A DNA stretch of 64,000 nt from Eledone cirrhosa (GCA_964016885.1 OZ024741.1:83948001-84012000); one strand, 5' to 3'; shown: positions 40,699 through 55,277, counted from the first letter of the stretch. The notes: generated from the letters alone by a model not told the origin. A program made the numbers and translations.

Positions 40699-40703
<5 letters not shown>
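39660..40703 (+). mobile_element. hATm-like transposon 3' part (transposase C-terminus to TIR), interrupted by a SINE
   Basis: 39841-40035 encodes VVNDVAERGVNLVQDYNNILTKHETEQQFVLQIVTENRKTYP*. TIR taagggccattctga at 40689-40703. Confidence 0.8.
40034..40219 (-). mobile_element. Octopus-type SINE, near full length
   Basis: Matches the 15172-15348 subfamily. Confidence 0.9.
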
Positions 40704-40731
<28 letters not shown>

Positions 40732-40749
40732 CTGTATATATATATATCA

Positions 40750-40860
40750 GATAGGGTGTGGTAAAATACCACGTGAGTACTCGATACTTGGGGTAGTAGA
40801 GTGGGTAACATGAACAGATTCAGGACCCCGACGGCTGAGTTCCGGCCGTTTCTGAACTGA
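40750..40860 (+). mobile_element. Diverged relative of family H
   Basis: gtactcgatacttggggtagtagagtgggtaa...gaccccgacggctgag. Confidence 0.65.
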
Positions 40861-41509
40861 AGATGGAACACTAAAACATGCGGGGAGATTATTATATATA
40901 TACACACACACATATACAAATATATAGGAGATATATACATATATATAGGAGATACACGTAGGGAGATAGGCATACACACATGCTCCTATATATATTATAC
41001 ACACCCACACATGTATATATATATATAAATATTGGTAAAAGGAAAAGAAAATCCTGACAAATTGTTCACAGTGAAAAATAGTTTAATTAGGAATAAGTAA
41101 AAATTAGTAATAGTATTGGTTAGTATTCAGTTTTGGTTTTAGGTTTTTACCGGTTGCGCATTTCTAATGCTTTTCAAAATAATTTTGAGATAGAGCGCCC
41201 GTGATGTTTGCTCTAATCTCTAATCGTTACGTATATATATATATATATCAACGTACGGACATGAACAATGAGTGTTGCCTGAAATATATTTTAATCTCAG
41301 TGAGATATAGTGTTAAAATATCTTCTAATGCAGATGTCATTTTTGTTGTATTTGTGATGACAGAGTTTTATTCTAAATAGGGTTAACATTAAAGAATTAA
41401 ATGTGGATATAGTCAACCCTCTTTGCAAGGTCTCTCTTTTCCATTTTCATATGAGCAAGTTTTGACGTTTGTACAGGAAATATGATCAATATCTAACATA
41501 GATTGAGAG

Positions 41510-41660
41510 TCGATTAAATCGACTTCATAGTGACCGGTACTTTACATTATCGATTCTAATGGAAGGATGAAAGGGTGAATTGCCTGCTGATACCACAATA
41601 CAATTTGAACTTAGAATAAAACCACCATCAATAAATACGCAAATGCATTTCGACCCACGC
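41510..41660 (-). mobile_element. Old degenerate SINE copy
   Basis: ggtactttacattatcgat...ggaaggatgaaagg...tttgaacttagaa. Confidence 0.5.
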
Positions 41661-41769
41661 TTTATCTCATCTGCCAAATCACAGGACATATGAAGTGACA
41701 CATCACAAGTTTAAATAGTGTAGCAAACAATAACGCACTATGTGCTTCTGTAAGATTATAAAGGTCAGT

Positions 41770-42085
41770 TGGCAAGTCGAGTTATGAACAAACTGATCCT
41801 GCGGAGAGGAGGGTCGCATTCATTACAGGAGCGCTGGTTCCATTTTACGTGTGACGTTCTGCGCCTCCAAGAACATCGCCCGTCCGAAACGACGATGACC
41901 TTCACTCCCACCAAAGAAAAACGGAAAATAGGCTGACAGAAGTTGAACTGGTGGTAGACATTCCAAACCGACCTACAAACCACGACCATCATATGGCACG
42001 GATGTCAAGAAGCTGCCACTGAACAACAGCGTTAGAGACAATTGCTTGACTTGTGTCACCGACGCAAAAAGATGGAGATCTAAGA
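41770..42085 (+). mobile_element. RTE-like LINE C-terminal remnant
   Basis: VLRLQEHRPSETTMTFTPTKEKRKIG*QKLNWW*TFQTDL resembles the RTE GHVLR..RP....W.P..KR..GRP..TW tail. Confidence 0.6.
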
Positions 42086-43199
42086 GGTAAGAGTGATGTA
42101 TATCACACCTGCAATTATATCTAAATCTGAATCAAGGAGTGGAAAAAATTGATTATCAATTTTGGAAGCCAAAAAGGAAAAGGAAAATCAGTAAATGAAA
42201 GCAAAGTGTCGTAACTAAACATAAACATTACCAAGAATAATAAATCCGAATTATTTATTTTGCTGCAGTATATCAATTAGTACCACAGACTACTTTACCA
42301 TATCAATTGTATTTAGCAACAAGTCTTACCAAATTATGAATGTCTTCACCAGAAACAACTTTATAAAATAATACAATACATATAATCAATAAACGTGAAT
42401 GCATTGAAAACAACGTAATGCGCAGTGCATTTCGCAGACCATAAGATTATAGATTGCAAAGCCATACATACAGCAATAATAAAATAGCTTTCAATTTTCA
42501 CTGTGTGACCAAGAACCATAACATTTTCGCAACTTTAGTTTTTAAATAGTTCGTTGACATGATGGAATTCGTTACCAAGGGTAATTACGAAAAGGTTGAT
42601 GCACCAGCGTCCCGAAAACTTTAGGCCAATTTATTTTTTTTCCCCTCAGCAAAGCCTAAGGATACCCGTGTCTGCTGAAACATTGTAACTATACACATAC
42701 ACTGTGTGTTGACACACGAGGTTATGCAATATATAACGTCGTGGTGTCATCAGCATTGTAAATACGTAGTGATATATGAGATGTTCCGTATATATCCTCA
42801 CACAAACATACACATATCTTTTTTGTCAGTATTTTAAGGGGTGCTACTGCAAATATATATATATATATATAGTTGAAAAATGAAACTAACAAAACAGGGA
42901 GCAGAGTCCCAAAAGATAATATACACATTCTTTTTTCTTCGCCTTTTCAGGCATGAGTTGGATTGCCGCCAGACTATCGGCATTTGACACTTAAACTTTA
43001 CATTTTTGTCAGCGTACCATTCCACTGTCCATGACTCACTAATTGATGTTGGAGCAGCGTTGCAAAATTGCCGCCTGGCAAGACATTTTTCATTTCCCAA
43101 CTGCAGTTCAGCGCGAGTTTGAGAAGCTTTATGACAGTCACACTGTTCCAATGCGTAGCACATTTTATACAACCCATACAAGTTTTTCAATACAGGATC

Positions 43200-43600
43200 T
43201 GTTCGTGAAAATCACGCAGCGGAAGACCTATTTCAACCACCAGTGATGACAACAATGAACTCCTGGAAAAGCAATCACGTAAAGCAAGGAAAAGTCCATC
43301 CGGAGGACTATATTTGAACGCAGAATTAAAAAAAAACTCTCGAATCCGTGGATGCTCGGATAGTGATATAGCTCTACTCGTACCGACTTCAGTTTATTTA
43401 AATGCTTCAAGAGGAAGGCTATAATCCTCCTCTGGAAACATGTAGATTTCTACTCCAGCAATACCAAAATGTCCCTCAATTTATGGCTGAGAAACGAGTC
43501 GCTCTTTCATCACTTTAGTCGGGTAAACCGATATAAATTTCGAACTTTGGGAAATCTGATAGTGGCTGAAGGTTGTTGAAAATGGAGGCGCTCATCTGGA
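43200..43600 (+). mobile_element. Highly degraded mariner-like transposase remnant
   Basis: Weak remnants of HDN, SPDLAP.DF.LF and the terminal WLKVVENGG. Confidence 0.4.
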
Positions 43601-43670
43601 AGTACACAGCTAGTCTAAAACGCATAGAGTCATGATAACAAGTTTAGCGATATATATCGCACACACACAC

Positions 43671-43744
<74 letters not shown>

Positions 43745-43801
43745 GAATGTATGTATAGTATATTTGGTAATATACTATACATACATTTCAGAGCACCAAT
43801 C

Positions 43802-43858
<57 letters not shown>

Positions 43859-45021
43859 CAGCCATACTAAGAGTTGGAAATGAAATGAAATTTCGTTTCA
43901 TTTTTTCCGTTTATATATATATATATATATATATATATCTGCACACACATACACACACACATTACACACACACACAGATATACATACACACTCACATACA
44001 CACACACACACACACTTACAATTGGAATTAGGAGAACATAGTCTAATATTAAAACATATGAAGCCCCATAATGGAATGAAATGGGCATTGATACGGATGG
44101 AAATCTAATCATCGAAATTAAGAGATGTTGGTTGGATTCCCATGCATGCTAATGCCTATTTTCCCTTATGCGGTTTCATATGCCTAATATTAGATTATTT
44201 TCTATAGTAAATTTACGGTGAAAATTCTATTTTCAAATTTTTCAATCGTCAACGATTGAAACGTATTGTTATGTTGACCGCTATTTCCCTTTAACTTCTA
44301 AATTTAACAGGAAAACAGTGGACTTGTTTCTGTAGTCGGTTAACATATTATTGCGAACATAAGAGATGTTGGTTCGATTCCCACTCAGAGTAATACCATT
44401 GCTTTCGTTATGGGGCGGGGGTGGAGTTCATATGCCATAATATTAGTCAATTTTTAATGAAAGCTTCTAATAATATTTTCAAGATTTTTAATGGTCACTG
44501 TATTCTAATTAACTCGTGCTTTCGCATACATACATACATACATTCATTCAATAGGACGGGGTTCCGTAAATGCAGGGTCAGAGTAACTACAATTTAAAGA
44601 AAATATACTCAATACATCATGTAGGGTGAGTACTTGCTTTCATTGAGAGCCCGCTCTTACTGGACTAGCTCTGTTTCGTACAGGGATGACATCGATTATT
44701 TCTTGGTGAGGTCACCGTGGCATCTGACAACATTGGTCTTGTAAATATCACTTTTCAAAGGGAGAGAAAGAAAGAAAGGTGGATAAATGGATATACATAT
44801 AAATATGGAGATATAAAAGATACAGAAGCGAAAACTAAAGCAAACCAAACAGTGAGTGTGTTCTGTTATTATTTCTGGCAATACTATAACAATATGACCC
44901 TCCCCAAGTATAACATATAAATATAGTTATACATATATATTATTACGTTCTTTTAGAATCATTGCGGCGAAGGATTTAGTGGTTACCGTATCCCGAACAC
45001 AATCTCACCTGATTAATGGAT

Positions 45022-45312
45022 AAATGAAATGAAATATATGTAGATGACAATTCTATGATCGACTACTATGAGATTAAATTGTATTTCAGTCAGCAAAGCT
45101 TTTTATGTCAATACATGGAGATATCAAATATACATTTAGATAAATGTAAACAGACACACACAAACACACAACCCTCACACGCACACACATACCCATATAC
45201 ACCTCCACAAACACATACACCTACAACACCCACAACACCCACACACCCACACACCCACACCCACACACATATATATATATATAGAGAGAGAGAGAGATAG
45301 ATAGATAGATAC

Positions 45313-45349
<37 letters not shown>

Positions 45350-45860
45350 GAGAGTGTGAAAGAGAGAGAAAGAGTTAGAGAGAGAGAGAGAAAGAGAAGG
45401 GAGGGCAGAGATGCAAAACCACTAATTTTTAATAGTTTCGTGCTTAGGGATAAGTAAATGCGGCGTGTCGGACATAAGTCCTTCTTCAAGAAGTTGACCG
45501 ATCAGAGAGAGAGAGAGAGAGAGAGAGAGGTTTGGAACATCACAGTTTTGAAAAAAAATCTTTCAGGAGGTTGGGTGTAGGAGTAAATACATCTATGGGC
45601 ACTATCGTGCATACATGCATATATGAATATCATATCATTTACAGTATTCATGTCTAATGTATATGTGAATTCAGAAGGAGCATAAAGACAGGCTTCACTC
45701 TATCCTCATTTAATTCTACAATGTTGAGCCAAACAAAATGATGAATGAAATCAAATGTATGTGTCGATGACATTTCTATGATAGATCACACAAGGAGATT
45801 AAATTGTATTTCAGGCAACAGAAGCTTGTCATGTCAACGCATGGAAATATCAAATATACA
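45022..45860. repeat. Diverged direct repeat (about 45022-45134 and 45744-45859)
   Basis: gatgaca.ttctatga...gagattaaattgtatttcag...catgga.atatcaaatataca in both copies. Confidence 0.75.
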
Positions 45861-45893
45861 CACATATATATATATATAAATATATATAAATAT

Positions 45894-46051
<158 letters not shown>

Positions 46052-46601
46052 TCACACACACACACAAGCACACACATACACACACACACCTACACACACA
46101 TACGCACCTACATATAAATAGGATTGAAGTGACTTTTGCAGCATATATATGAATTTTATTGGCATATTAAAATCATGTCAATATGGATCAGCTCAGAAAC
46201 CAATCCTATTGACTGTGGCCCGTCTCCTCCTCGACATTCCATCATATATAAAAGTCTGAATGCTTATTTGAACTTATGAACTCACATATCGGATGGAATT
46301 TCGAGGAAGCGTGAGGACCAGGTCATTATGATTGTACACCGAACTCCCAACGATTGAAAATATGCCAATAATATTTATATATATGCTCACCTGTAACACT
46401 TTCATTTACGCCAAGCACAATGGCGCCTGCCTTAACTCTGGAATACAACCCAACACGAGACGGATATTGTAACAGCATCGAGTGCTTGGATCGGCGAACC
46501 ACCTATATTTGTATATTACTTAGCTTACACATACAGCCACACACACGCATACACACACACTCACACACACACAAGCACACGCACACACACACACCCACAC
46601 C

Positions 46602-46636
<35 letters not shown>

Positions 46637-46662
46637 GCGTGTGTATGTGTGTGTGTATGTGT

Positions 46663-46701
<39 letters not shown>

Positions 46702-46888
46702 TGTGTGTGTGTGTACCGGGTTTAATAGGGGGTAACCACAGTAAGGAAATTACTCAATACCTTAGTAGAGTCATAGTAAATTTAATATAGAAATTGCTTC
46801 TACAGTGCTAGAACTGTTTCATTCGAAAGTAATCGTTTCCCGTTGAATTCTTTCGAATGAATCTGTTCTAGTCCTGTTGAATCCAATT

Positions 46889-46925
<37 letters not shown>

Positions 46926-47209
46926 GTGGGGGAGAAGAATAAAATACGAAGTAGTTGCAGATGTTAAAGTCATTTATTGATAATGTTGTGATACATGTTT
47001 CAATGATGCAGTGGCCACACGATTCAGCTTAACCAGAGCCATGATCGTATCAGACAGTTCTATTACATAATAAGCTTACGTTCTAGAGGCAATCCAAATT
47101 AAAACGACAGGGAAACGGACAAATATGATGATTTTGAAGTCTATGCCAGTCCCCTTGTGAGCCATAACTCCTAACTTATTTGCATAAATGTTTGCCGTGG
47201 GTATAATAT

Positions 47210-49782
47210 AGTAATAATAATAAATTTGAAGACTAAAATCCAAACAGGGCTCGATAAGGATAAATATATATCAAATACATAAGAACCGTAGAGCAAATAT
47301 GTATTAAAATAACAGATTAAAGTTTAAGCAAAGAATCGCTGCTTTCACTCTTAACGGGATCTTCTGAAACTAATAAAAGTCAATCTGTAAACGCAGAAGT
47401 AAATATTTCGAAAAACGTAGCAACTGAAGGAAGACAGGAAGACGATACTTTGGTTCGGGGAAACGTTCCCTGGCAAAGAACGGAAAAAAACGAAGATAAT
47501 ACGTCATTATTTGGGGCGGTGAAAACAATTACACGCAAAGACAAAACCACGTTTATGGTATAAATGAAGTCGTAGACTAATATTATATTCGGTGGTTTAT
47601 GCAGATGTTCTCTGGCAATGAACGAAAAAAACGAAGATAATTCGTCATTATGAGGAGTGTTGAGAACAATTACACGCAAAGACAAAACCACGTTTATGGT
47701 ATAACTGAAATCGTAGATTAAAATACTACTTAGGAAACCGAATGATTCTAGGCTTCAGAGTTAAGAATAATGTAAATAAATTACAGAGGTACCTGAAATC
47801 AACAAAAATTAAATATATACATGCTCGCATCCATATACGTACATACACATGCATACGTGAAAACAGCCGCTAAGGATATGGAAATAATAGCACGTACACA
47901 AAATAACACGCACGCACATACAGAACCCACGCAACGCCTGTACCCGCACACATACGAACGTATACACCAAATTCATATAAAAATATATATTTAAAAAAAA
48001 TATATATATATATGTGTGTGCGTGCGTGTATACATATAATTATATAGACGTATATAAATATACACACATAAATACGTATATAACGCGCGCGCACACACGC
48101 CTACATGTAAATACACATATGTTCGCTAAACGTACGTCAACCAAAAGACAAAGTACACATATACATACACCCTACATACGTACGAACCCACATAGTCACA
48201 CAGACACAAAACTCACGTATACTCATAACCATAATCACATGTACCAGTATATATAATATAATATATGTACCTATAACATATACAAGCAAATATACGTACG
48301 AGAAAGTATACGTACCTTCACAAAACATACAGGTAATATATACTTACCTATACAAATAAGTAATGGCATAAAGATAACATATACTTAGCTACCACATCAA
48401 GACGTAAAATATCCGCTTATAGTTCGTACTCTCCGTTAGGGTATAATGTGGGGCTGTAATACAGGAAAGGTTTGTGCAATTTATGTTTACAAGCCAAAAT
48501 TGCCTCAGATTTTTTGTTTGAGATGTGGTCTTTAGCATAGAGTATTTCCAGGCCTTCAGCGGCGCAGAGTTCACATGGTCCTTTATTTCCGTTATACGAT
48601 CTAACCTTTAGGTAGGATCTCCCAGTGTAACGTATATTGGGTGTGGTTGTCTTTTAGACTCCAGATATAAACTGAAAGTGACGTCATCTTCCTCCTTAAA
48701 GGGTTAAACAAAGAATGGGTATGCATCTAAAGACGCTGCTTGACTCTATTGGCTGTTAACCTTATGTAGGCCCTACGGGACGTGGGTGTTTCAACTTTAC
48801 ATTTGTAGACAATGTTACTATAGAGGAATTTCCCGGATAGGGGGCAGTCAACCCGATTCCTACAATTACAGTTAGTACTAGCTACAGTGTTGCACGTGTT
48901 CCTACGGCTAGGTAATTTAGCTAAATTTGAAGCTGTGATGTTATGTGCAAGGTTAGGAGTCGTAGAGTGAGAAATGTTAATGGTATTTCTATAAAAAATG
49001 TTACTATATTTATGGGCTGGGGGAAATGCTTCATAATAAGGGAGAGAAAGATCTTAGCTAATGGTGTGGCCATCTCCATATTGTATGGTGGGTTATACCA
49101 TATAATGCGTCGGGATCTATTTTTCCTAGGTCTATTATCATACTCTGTATATGCTACCTTATCGACAAATCCACTCCGAGCAAGAGATTCATGTAATATG
49201 TGGAATGGTCGGTGAAAATATGCTCGTTTGTAGATAGACGGGAAAGCCTCAAAGAAACGTTTCTTACCAGCTTCTTGGTTATGCTGGCAGGGTGGTTAGA
49301 ATGCTTACTTATGTAATTAAGCGTATCATTCGGCTTTCTTTACTGGTAGTGCAAGCCATTCGACGAATTGAGGGTAACGTCGAGGAAATTTACGACCGAG
49401 AGTTTGGCCTCAACCTGTATGGAGAGGTTGAAGCCTTTAAAAAGGCTATGAGTTCTTTTCTGAACTTGTCACAAGCACGTTGGCCGCACTTTGTCATGGT
49501 CAAATGACCGTCATCACGGTACAAATCACCGCCCGTTTTGTCTTTGCGTGTAGTTGTTTTCACCGCTCCAAATAATGACGTATTATCTTCGTTTTTTTTT
49601 TCGTTCTTTGCTAAGGAGCGTTTCCACGAACCAAAGTATCGCCTTCCTGTCTTACTTCGGTTGGTACGTTTTTCGAAATAATTATTTCTGCTTTCACAGA
49701 TTGATTTTTTTTAGTTTCAGAAGATCCCGTTAAGGGTGAAGGCAGCGATTATTTGCTTAAACTTTAATTTGTTATTTTAATA
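47210..49782 (-). mobile_element. 5'-truncated PLE (RT C-terminus and GIY-YIG remnant) with inverted 5' pseudo-LTR
   Basis: Minus strand 48600-49535: GGDLYRDDG, NFLDVTLN..RKPNDTLNYISKHSNHP, WYNPPYN, CNCRNRVDCPL..NIVYKCKV. Arms 47303-47547 and 49535-49782; internal duplication at 47610-47720. Confidence 0.9.
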
Positions 49783-49836
49783 AATATATATATATATATA
49801 TATGTAAAAGATAAAACAGAAATAACAGGAAGATGG

Positions 49837-49872
49837 TCTTAACGTTTCGGACGTTTGTCCTTCATCAGAAGA
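49837..49872 (-). ncRNA. Minimal type I hammerhead ribozyme, family I
   Basis: Minus strand: TCTT-CTGATGA-a-GGAC aaac GTCC-GAAA-cg-TT-AAGA. Confidence 0.85.
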
Positions 49873-50229
49873 AAGAATGAGAAATTAGAAAGATTGAAGG
49901 GACAAGCGGGGCGGAAACGGAAAAATGCTTTTGGAGAAAAATAACAGGTCCATTCATGTTGTCATCTCTGGGAAAACTGTCGATGCTGGCGGCTTGTGTA
50001 TGATATACATTTTTAGAAAAGTAGATGATGGAGCGCGTCTACCTGAAAGTGAGCTATACGTGTGCACGTCTGTATACGTATATATGAGTGCGTGTGTGTT
50101 TGTGTGTGTGTATGTATGTGTATGTGTATGTGTGCGTGTGAATCCCCACAAACATACATAGTTACACAACACACAGACACAGGCATAACTCATGTCGGAA
50201 GGTGGCTTGAATCTCTAGAAAGCCACTTA

Positions 50230-51130
50230 ATTAATGGAAATCGGAAGTGATAATCCAAATTTCCAAAGGATGAGACAGAGGATATTGCCCTAATTACATG
50301 GGAATCCTCTGGTAAAATCTTCGCTGTAAAGACTATGATATGTGTCTAGCAAAAACATGTAGGGTTATTTCCGAGTCAAGGCTAGCTGATGAACTGAATG
50401 TTTTTTGCACCGAATGCAGCACAAATGACTAAGTATTCACACTGCAACAAGTCCTCCAGATATTGTATTGCCATGAGATATATGCTTATTACGTAGGCCT
50501 CGAAAAGACATACGACCGCATTCCACGGACTCGTTGGGGAGTATGTGATTGATGAACTGATTCTTGTTGCTCTGAAGTACCTATATGAATGCCATATTAT
50601 TTGTGCTCTATATTTCATGCTCTAGTTGAAAAAATATAATGTGGGTTACCGCGTACGGCGTGTACTCTCACCTCTGCTGTTGATAATCTTTATGAATAGA
50701 ATTGACATGCACATCGGAGTTGGAAATGCGGCGGATGTAGGATTAGTCGTCCGAAATTAATAGACGACACGGTGCTACTTAACTCTTCCGAAGTTGAAAT
50801 TCGACATGCACTGGATTGCTTGCAGCTGAGTGCTGTAGTGTAGGAATTAAAACCAATGCTGCGAATACGGAGATATATCGTGTCAAGATATCGTGTACAG
50901 TGCACTCTGCATATGAGTGGAAACAGTTTAAGTTTAAGTATATCAGGGTCATCCTCACGATTGAGAGAAGGCAGGAAGCTGGATTAAATACAGGAGCCGG
51001 TACAGTAGTGTGCCATCTTCAGCATCGCTCATCTCACATTGCCAAATTCGCTATTGGAGATCAGGGTGTCGCTCCAGGTCGAACCGCTACTTTTCCCGAA
51101 TGAGAGATCACAGCTGTGATACTACAGATA
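50230..51130 (+). mobile_element. Degraded RTE-like LINE reverse transcriptase fragment
   Basis: VRRVLSPLLLIIFMNRI (QGCVLSPLLF motif), IDDTVLL (FADD motif) and FKYIRVIL (FKYLG motif). Confidence 0.7.
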
Positions 51131-51522
51131 TGTGGTTAGAATGAATAATGTCAACACGATCCAGCTGGAGACCAATTAGACCACCAGCAAGACATTACCA
51201 GATGACTCTCTTATCTCCGTATACACATGCCAAATTCGACAACAAATACACATTCTGAATAGACTGACAAAATGTCATTCTTATATTACAGTCGGTTCTG
51301 CTTCTCTTTCGTTTCTCTGTCACTCTCTTCTTTAATCGTGTATTTCATTTATACATATATATATATTCAACATTTATGTAATTATACCTTAGCAATAAAT
51401 TATTAAAACATCATCCCACCTTTAATCATTTCCATGTGTCGGTAATCAACATAAACCCAAATTTCCCAATTTGTATCATTATTCATATATCCGGTAAACC
51501 TGGTATGTATGCATGTGTGTAC

Positions 51523-51595
<73 letters not shown>

Positions 51596-51639
51596 TATAT
51601 ATATATATATATTATGATTATGATTGTTTATGATTATGA

Positions 51640-51805
51640 TTGTTTCTACTTTTGGCACAAGGCCAGCAATTTCCCTAGTGTATTACTGGTACTTTATTTT
51701 ATTGACCCCGTAAGGATGAAAGGCAAAGTTAACCTCGGCGGGATTTGAACTCAGAGCGTTAAGGGCCGTAACTCTAAGCTGAAAAGCATTGTATCCGACG
51801 CTCAA
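51640..51805 (-). mobile_element. Octopus-type SINE
   Basis: Tail, Nin core and B box on the minus strand. Confidence 0.9.
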
Positions 51806-53120
51806 TAATGAAAATTTTGTCGTGGTTAAGACCTATTTAGCCTGCCAGATTTAAAATGTCATTAAACAATCAGCTTTTTAGGTTACAAAAGATGAATAAA
51901 GTTTTTAACTAAACTTTCCATAGTTTGCAAGTCTTGGGGAAATTTCTACTATTACTTTTGGGCTTAATCATTACAAAATTGTAAAAACAGTCGTTTCGAA
52001 ATAATACAAATTTACAAATATGCATTATTTATCAGACAGTGCTACGGAAAAACCGCACAAAGAAAATTCCTTTATAAAAGAACTTGTCAGTTAGATTTAA
52101 TTGAATTAGTCCTCCTGTATTACAAATAGATTTTTTTCACTAACATTGTAAAAACAGAATTGTAAATTTAGATCACCTTCTTGTTGTAATATCACTTTGT
52201 TTATTTATTTAATTATTTATTTTATGTCTTTTTTCTTTTACTTTTTTACCTTAACATAAAAATTCCGAATTTTAGGAGAAAATGAGGAATAGTTTATTTG
52301 TCATGGTTATACCTATTTTCCTAATGGGCGGTACGTTGCAAGTGAAAAACAGCAGATCCATATGGGAATAGAAGCCATCTTGCTTACTTTACTTATTTTC
52401 GACCATAAACTCAGCGTCATACACACCAGAATGGTTGCTTGCTTGTCAGTCTACTTATTCGTCTACCTACCCACGCCATTATTGCAATAACTCTTTCTGT
52501 CTGATTGAATTTATTCCATTAATTAATTTTTTTTTTTTTCAGAATGTTGTTATCAGGAATAAAATAAAATCACCCTTCAGATATCTTTGACTCTTCAGTC
52601 TGATTGATTCAGGTAAACTATTAATTTCAAATGTATTTATTTCTATTTCTCTTGTTCTATTTTCTCCTACACTGAAGTTTGAATTCAGAATCAATTTCAA
52701 ATTGAAACAATCTACTTACGTATCAGAAAATTTATAGGAAATTTTCTGTCAAATGTTGTTACTGGTTAACCCTCTACCCATCTACCGGTACCAGTATTAT
52801 ACAATTCGCATGAAATAATTTGTGTTTCTTTTTTGCTGATGATATCTTATTTGCTTATTTTGTTTTTATTATATGTTATTTCGACTTGTTTGATTTTAAT
52901 GCATCTTCTTTGTTTTTAAAATGAAAATCTATCAGAAAATAAAACTTTGTTGTTTAGCTTCATATAATCTCTCTCTGCACCCCCCATCTCTCTCTATATA
53001 TATATAGAGAGAGAGGGGATAGGGAGACACGTACAGACATACACGCACACGCATATATATATATACATGTATATTTATATATATGTATGTGGAAAGAGAG
53101 ATAGTCAGAGAGAGAGTGAG

Positions 53121-53221
<101 letters not shown>

Positions 53222-53427
53222 TATATATGTATATTACAAATATACACACGTTCTAAGAACTGCTCTTTCGTTTTGTCAATATAATGAATTATAACTTTCG
53301 CAATAGAATCGCACTTGCTAAGAAAACGTGCATGATTTAACATATTTTGTCATCACATAAAATCGATCTAAATATGTAGCAATATTTCTGTGTTCCTTCG
53401 CTATTTTCCAGAGCACTAATTAAAAAA

Positions 53428-53498
<71 letters not shown>

Positions 53499-53503
<5 letters not shown>

Positions 53504-54369
53504 GATTTATATCTAGTAACATATATATACATACAAATGCATATCAATGCTAGCAAATATATAGGTTTTGTCTTAGTAACAGTGTGGTTCATTGCATGGG
53601 GTTGCAGAACAATAATATGAGAAACGTAAAATAAGAAAATTATAAAATTAACTTACTTACTAAAATATCACTTCCAACTAATTAGTTTCTGGAATGGAGT
53701 AAATATATTTTCCGAAGAAGATATAGAAAAGCATTCCGTCGGCAGGGAAGTCTATTTTCATCCAAGTTAACAGGCAAGGCGAGGACTCCCGAAACTTATT
53801 AAAAAATAATTCAGTGGATAGGAAATAGCAAAGCGTGGACTGAATTCCTAGCCATTGAGAAAATCACTGCCGCTACGTCTGTGGCAAATTCAAAAAGAAT
53901 CAATCACGTGACATCGAGGTCAATCAGTGGAAAGTGGTTTGCTAATAAGACAGCGGCCTGCCTACTACTATAGCAGCAGTCATGGCCAATATTGCTCGAC
54001 AAATAATTTGGAGATAATTATAAAGGATTTATATCTAGTAACATATATATACATACAGATGCATATCAATGCTAGCAAATATATAGGTTTTGTCTTAGTA
54101 ACAGTGTGGTTCAATGCATGGGGTTGCAGAACAATAATATGAGAAACGTAAAATAAGAAAATTATAAAATTAACTTACTTACTAAAATATCACTTCCAAC
54201 TAATTAGTTTCTGGAATGGAGTAAATATATTTTCCGAAGAAGATATTGAAAAGCATTCCGTCGGCAGGGAAGTCTATTTTCATCCAAGTTACCAGGCAAG
54301 GCGAGGACTCCGGAAACTTATTAAAAAATAATTCAGTGGATAGGAAATAGCAAAGCGTGGACTGAATTC
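53499..54369 (+). repeat. 522-bp unit in about 1.7 tandem copies starting at a (TA)n tract
   Basis: 53499-53847 is nearly identical to 54021-54369. Confidence 0.92.
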
Positions 54370-54370
54370 T

Positions 54371-54822
54371 GCTTTCGGTTGAAGTTTGCTTTCGGTTGCC
54401 TCTCTTATTTCTTTCTCACTTCCTCCTATCTATTTATATTTTTTCTCTCTCTCCTTCGTTTCTTCTCCCCTCTCTCTCTCCGTTTTTTCTTTATCTCCGT
54501 TTTTTCTTTCCTTCCGTCCTTTTTGTAACTGTGCTTAACACTATAACTAAATAATTATTATCCTTCTCTCTCTATATAGTAATTCCTCTCTCTTGAGTGT
54601 CTCTATCTGTATGATGAATTATTATATCTCTGTTGCTTTCGTTTGCCTCTCTTATTTCTTTCTTGTCTCTTTTTCACTTCCTCCTATCTATTTATATATA
54701 TCTTTCTTTTCTCTCTAGCTCCTTCTTTTCCTCTCCCCTCCCTCTCTCCGTTTTTTCTCTGTATCTCCGTTTTTTCTTTCTCTCCGTCCTTTTTCTAACT
54801 GTGCTTAACACTATAACTAAAT
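54371..54822. repeat. CT-rich direct repeat (about 54388-54551 and 54634-54821)
   Basis: Both copies end in taactgtgcttaacactataactaaa. Confidence 0.8.
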
Positions 54823-54919
54823 GATTATAAACAAATCACTATTCAGACAGCTTCCAAATATAATGGTCGCTTATAATAGGGTACGTCAAAATTATTTATA
54901 AAACTGTTAATATATTGTA

Positions 54920-54981
54920 TTTTATCTGACGAAGGCATGCCATACTTTTAATATGGTATCCCTGAAATATGTATAATGAAA
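54920..54981 (+). ncRNA. Hammerhead ribozyme family C
   Basis: TTTTAT-CTGACGA-AGGc ATGCCATA ctttta aTATGGTAT cCCT-GAAA-tatgta-TA-ATGAAA, about 130 nt before (TA)n. Confidence 0.85.
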
Positions 54982-55111
54982 TATATATGGTTTTATAAAT
55001 ATAGTTTCCTTTTGTTTAATATCGTATATCTACTCCCAAAACTTGTCGAGTGCTTTATATCAGTTTAAAAATATTTACTTGTTGTAACCCAACAATTTTA
55101 AACAAAACTTT

Positions 55112-55169
<58 letters not shown>

Positions 55170-55234
55170 CACAAAAACAAGATGGCGTAGGACAGAACAA
55201 AGGAGAGGCACAAAAACAAAGAAAAGAATCCCCA

Positions 55235-55277
55235 GTCACTGAAGAGGTCAGAGAATGTGTGACGAAAGAACTTTGAC
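55235..55277 (+). ncRNA. Hammerhead ribozyme family G
   Basis: GTCA-CTGAAGA-g-GTCAga gaatg tgTGAC-GAAA-gaac-TT-TGAC. Flanks are homologous to 23445-23735. Confidence 0.75.

Noticed and set aside
42700-42756. Minus-strand CTGATGA followed by a long hairpin
   Set aside because: GAAA box and stem I are absent; at best a dead remnant.
44120-44400. Two aagagatgttggtt(c/g)gattccca B-box-like motifs
   Set aside because: No cloverleaf; likely old SINE heads rather than tRNA genes.
52543-52612. Exon-like segment (polypyrimidine-AG ... GTAAAC)
   Set aside because: Stops in all three frames; cannot be supported without transcripts.
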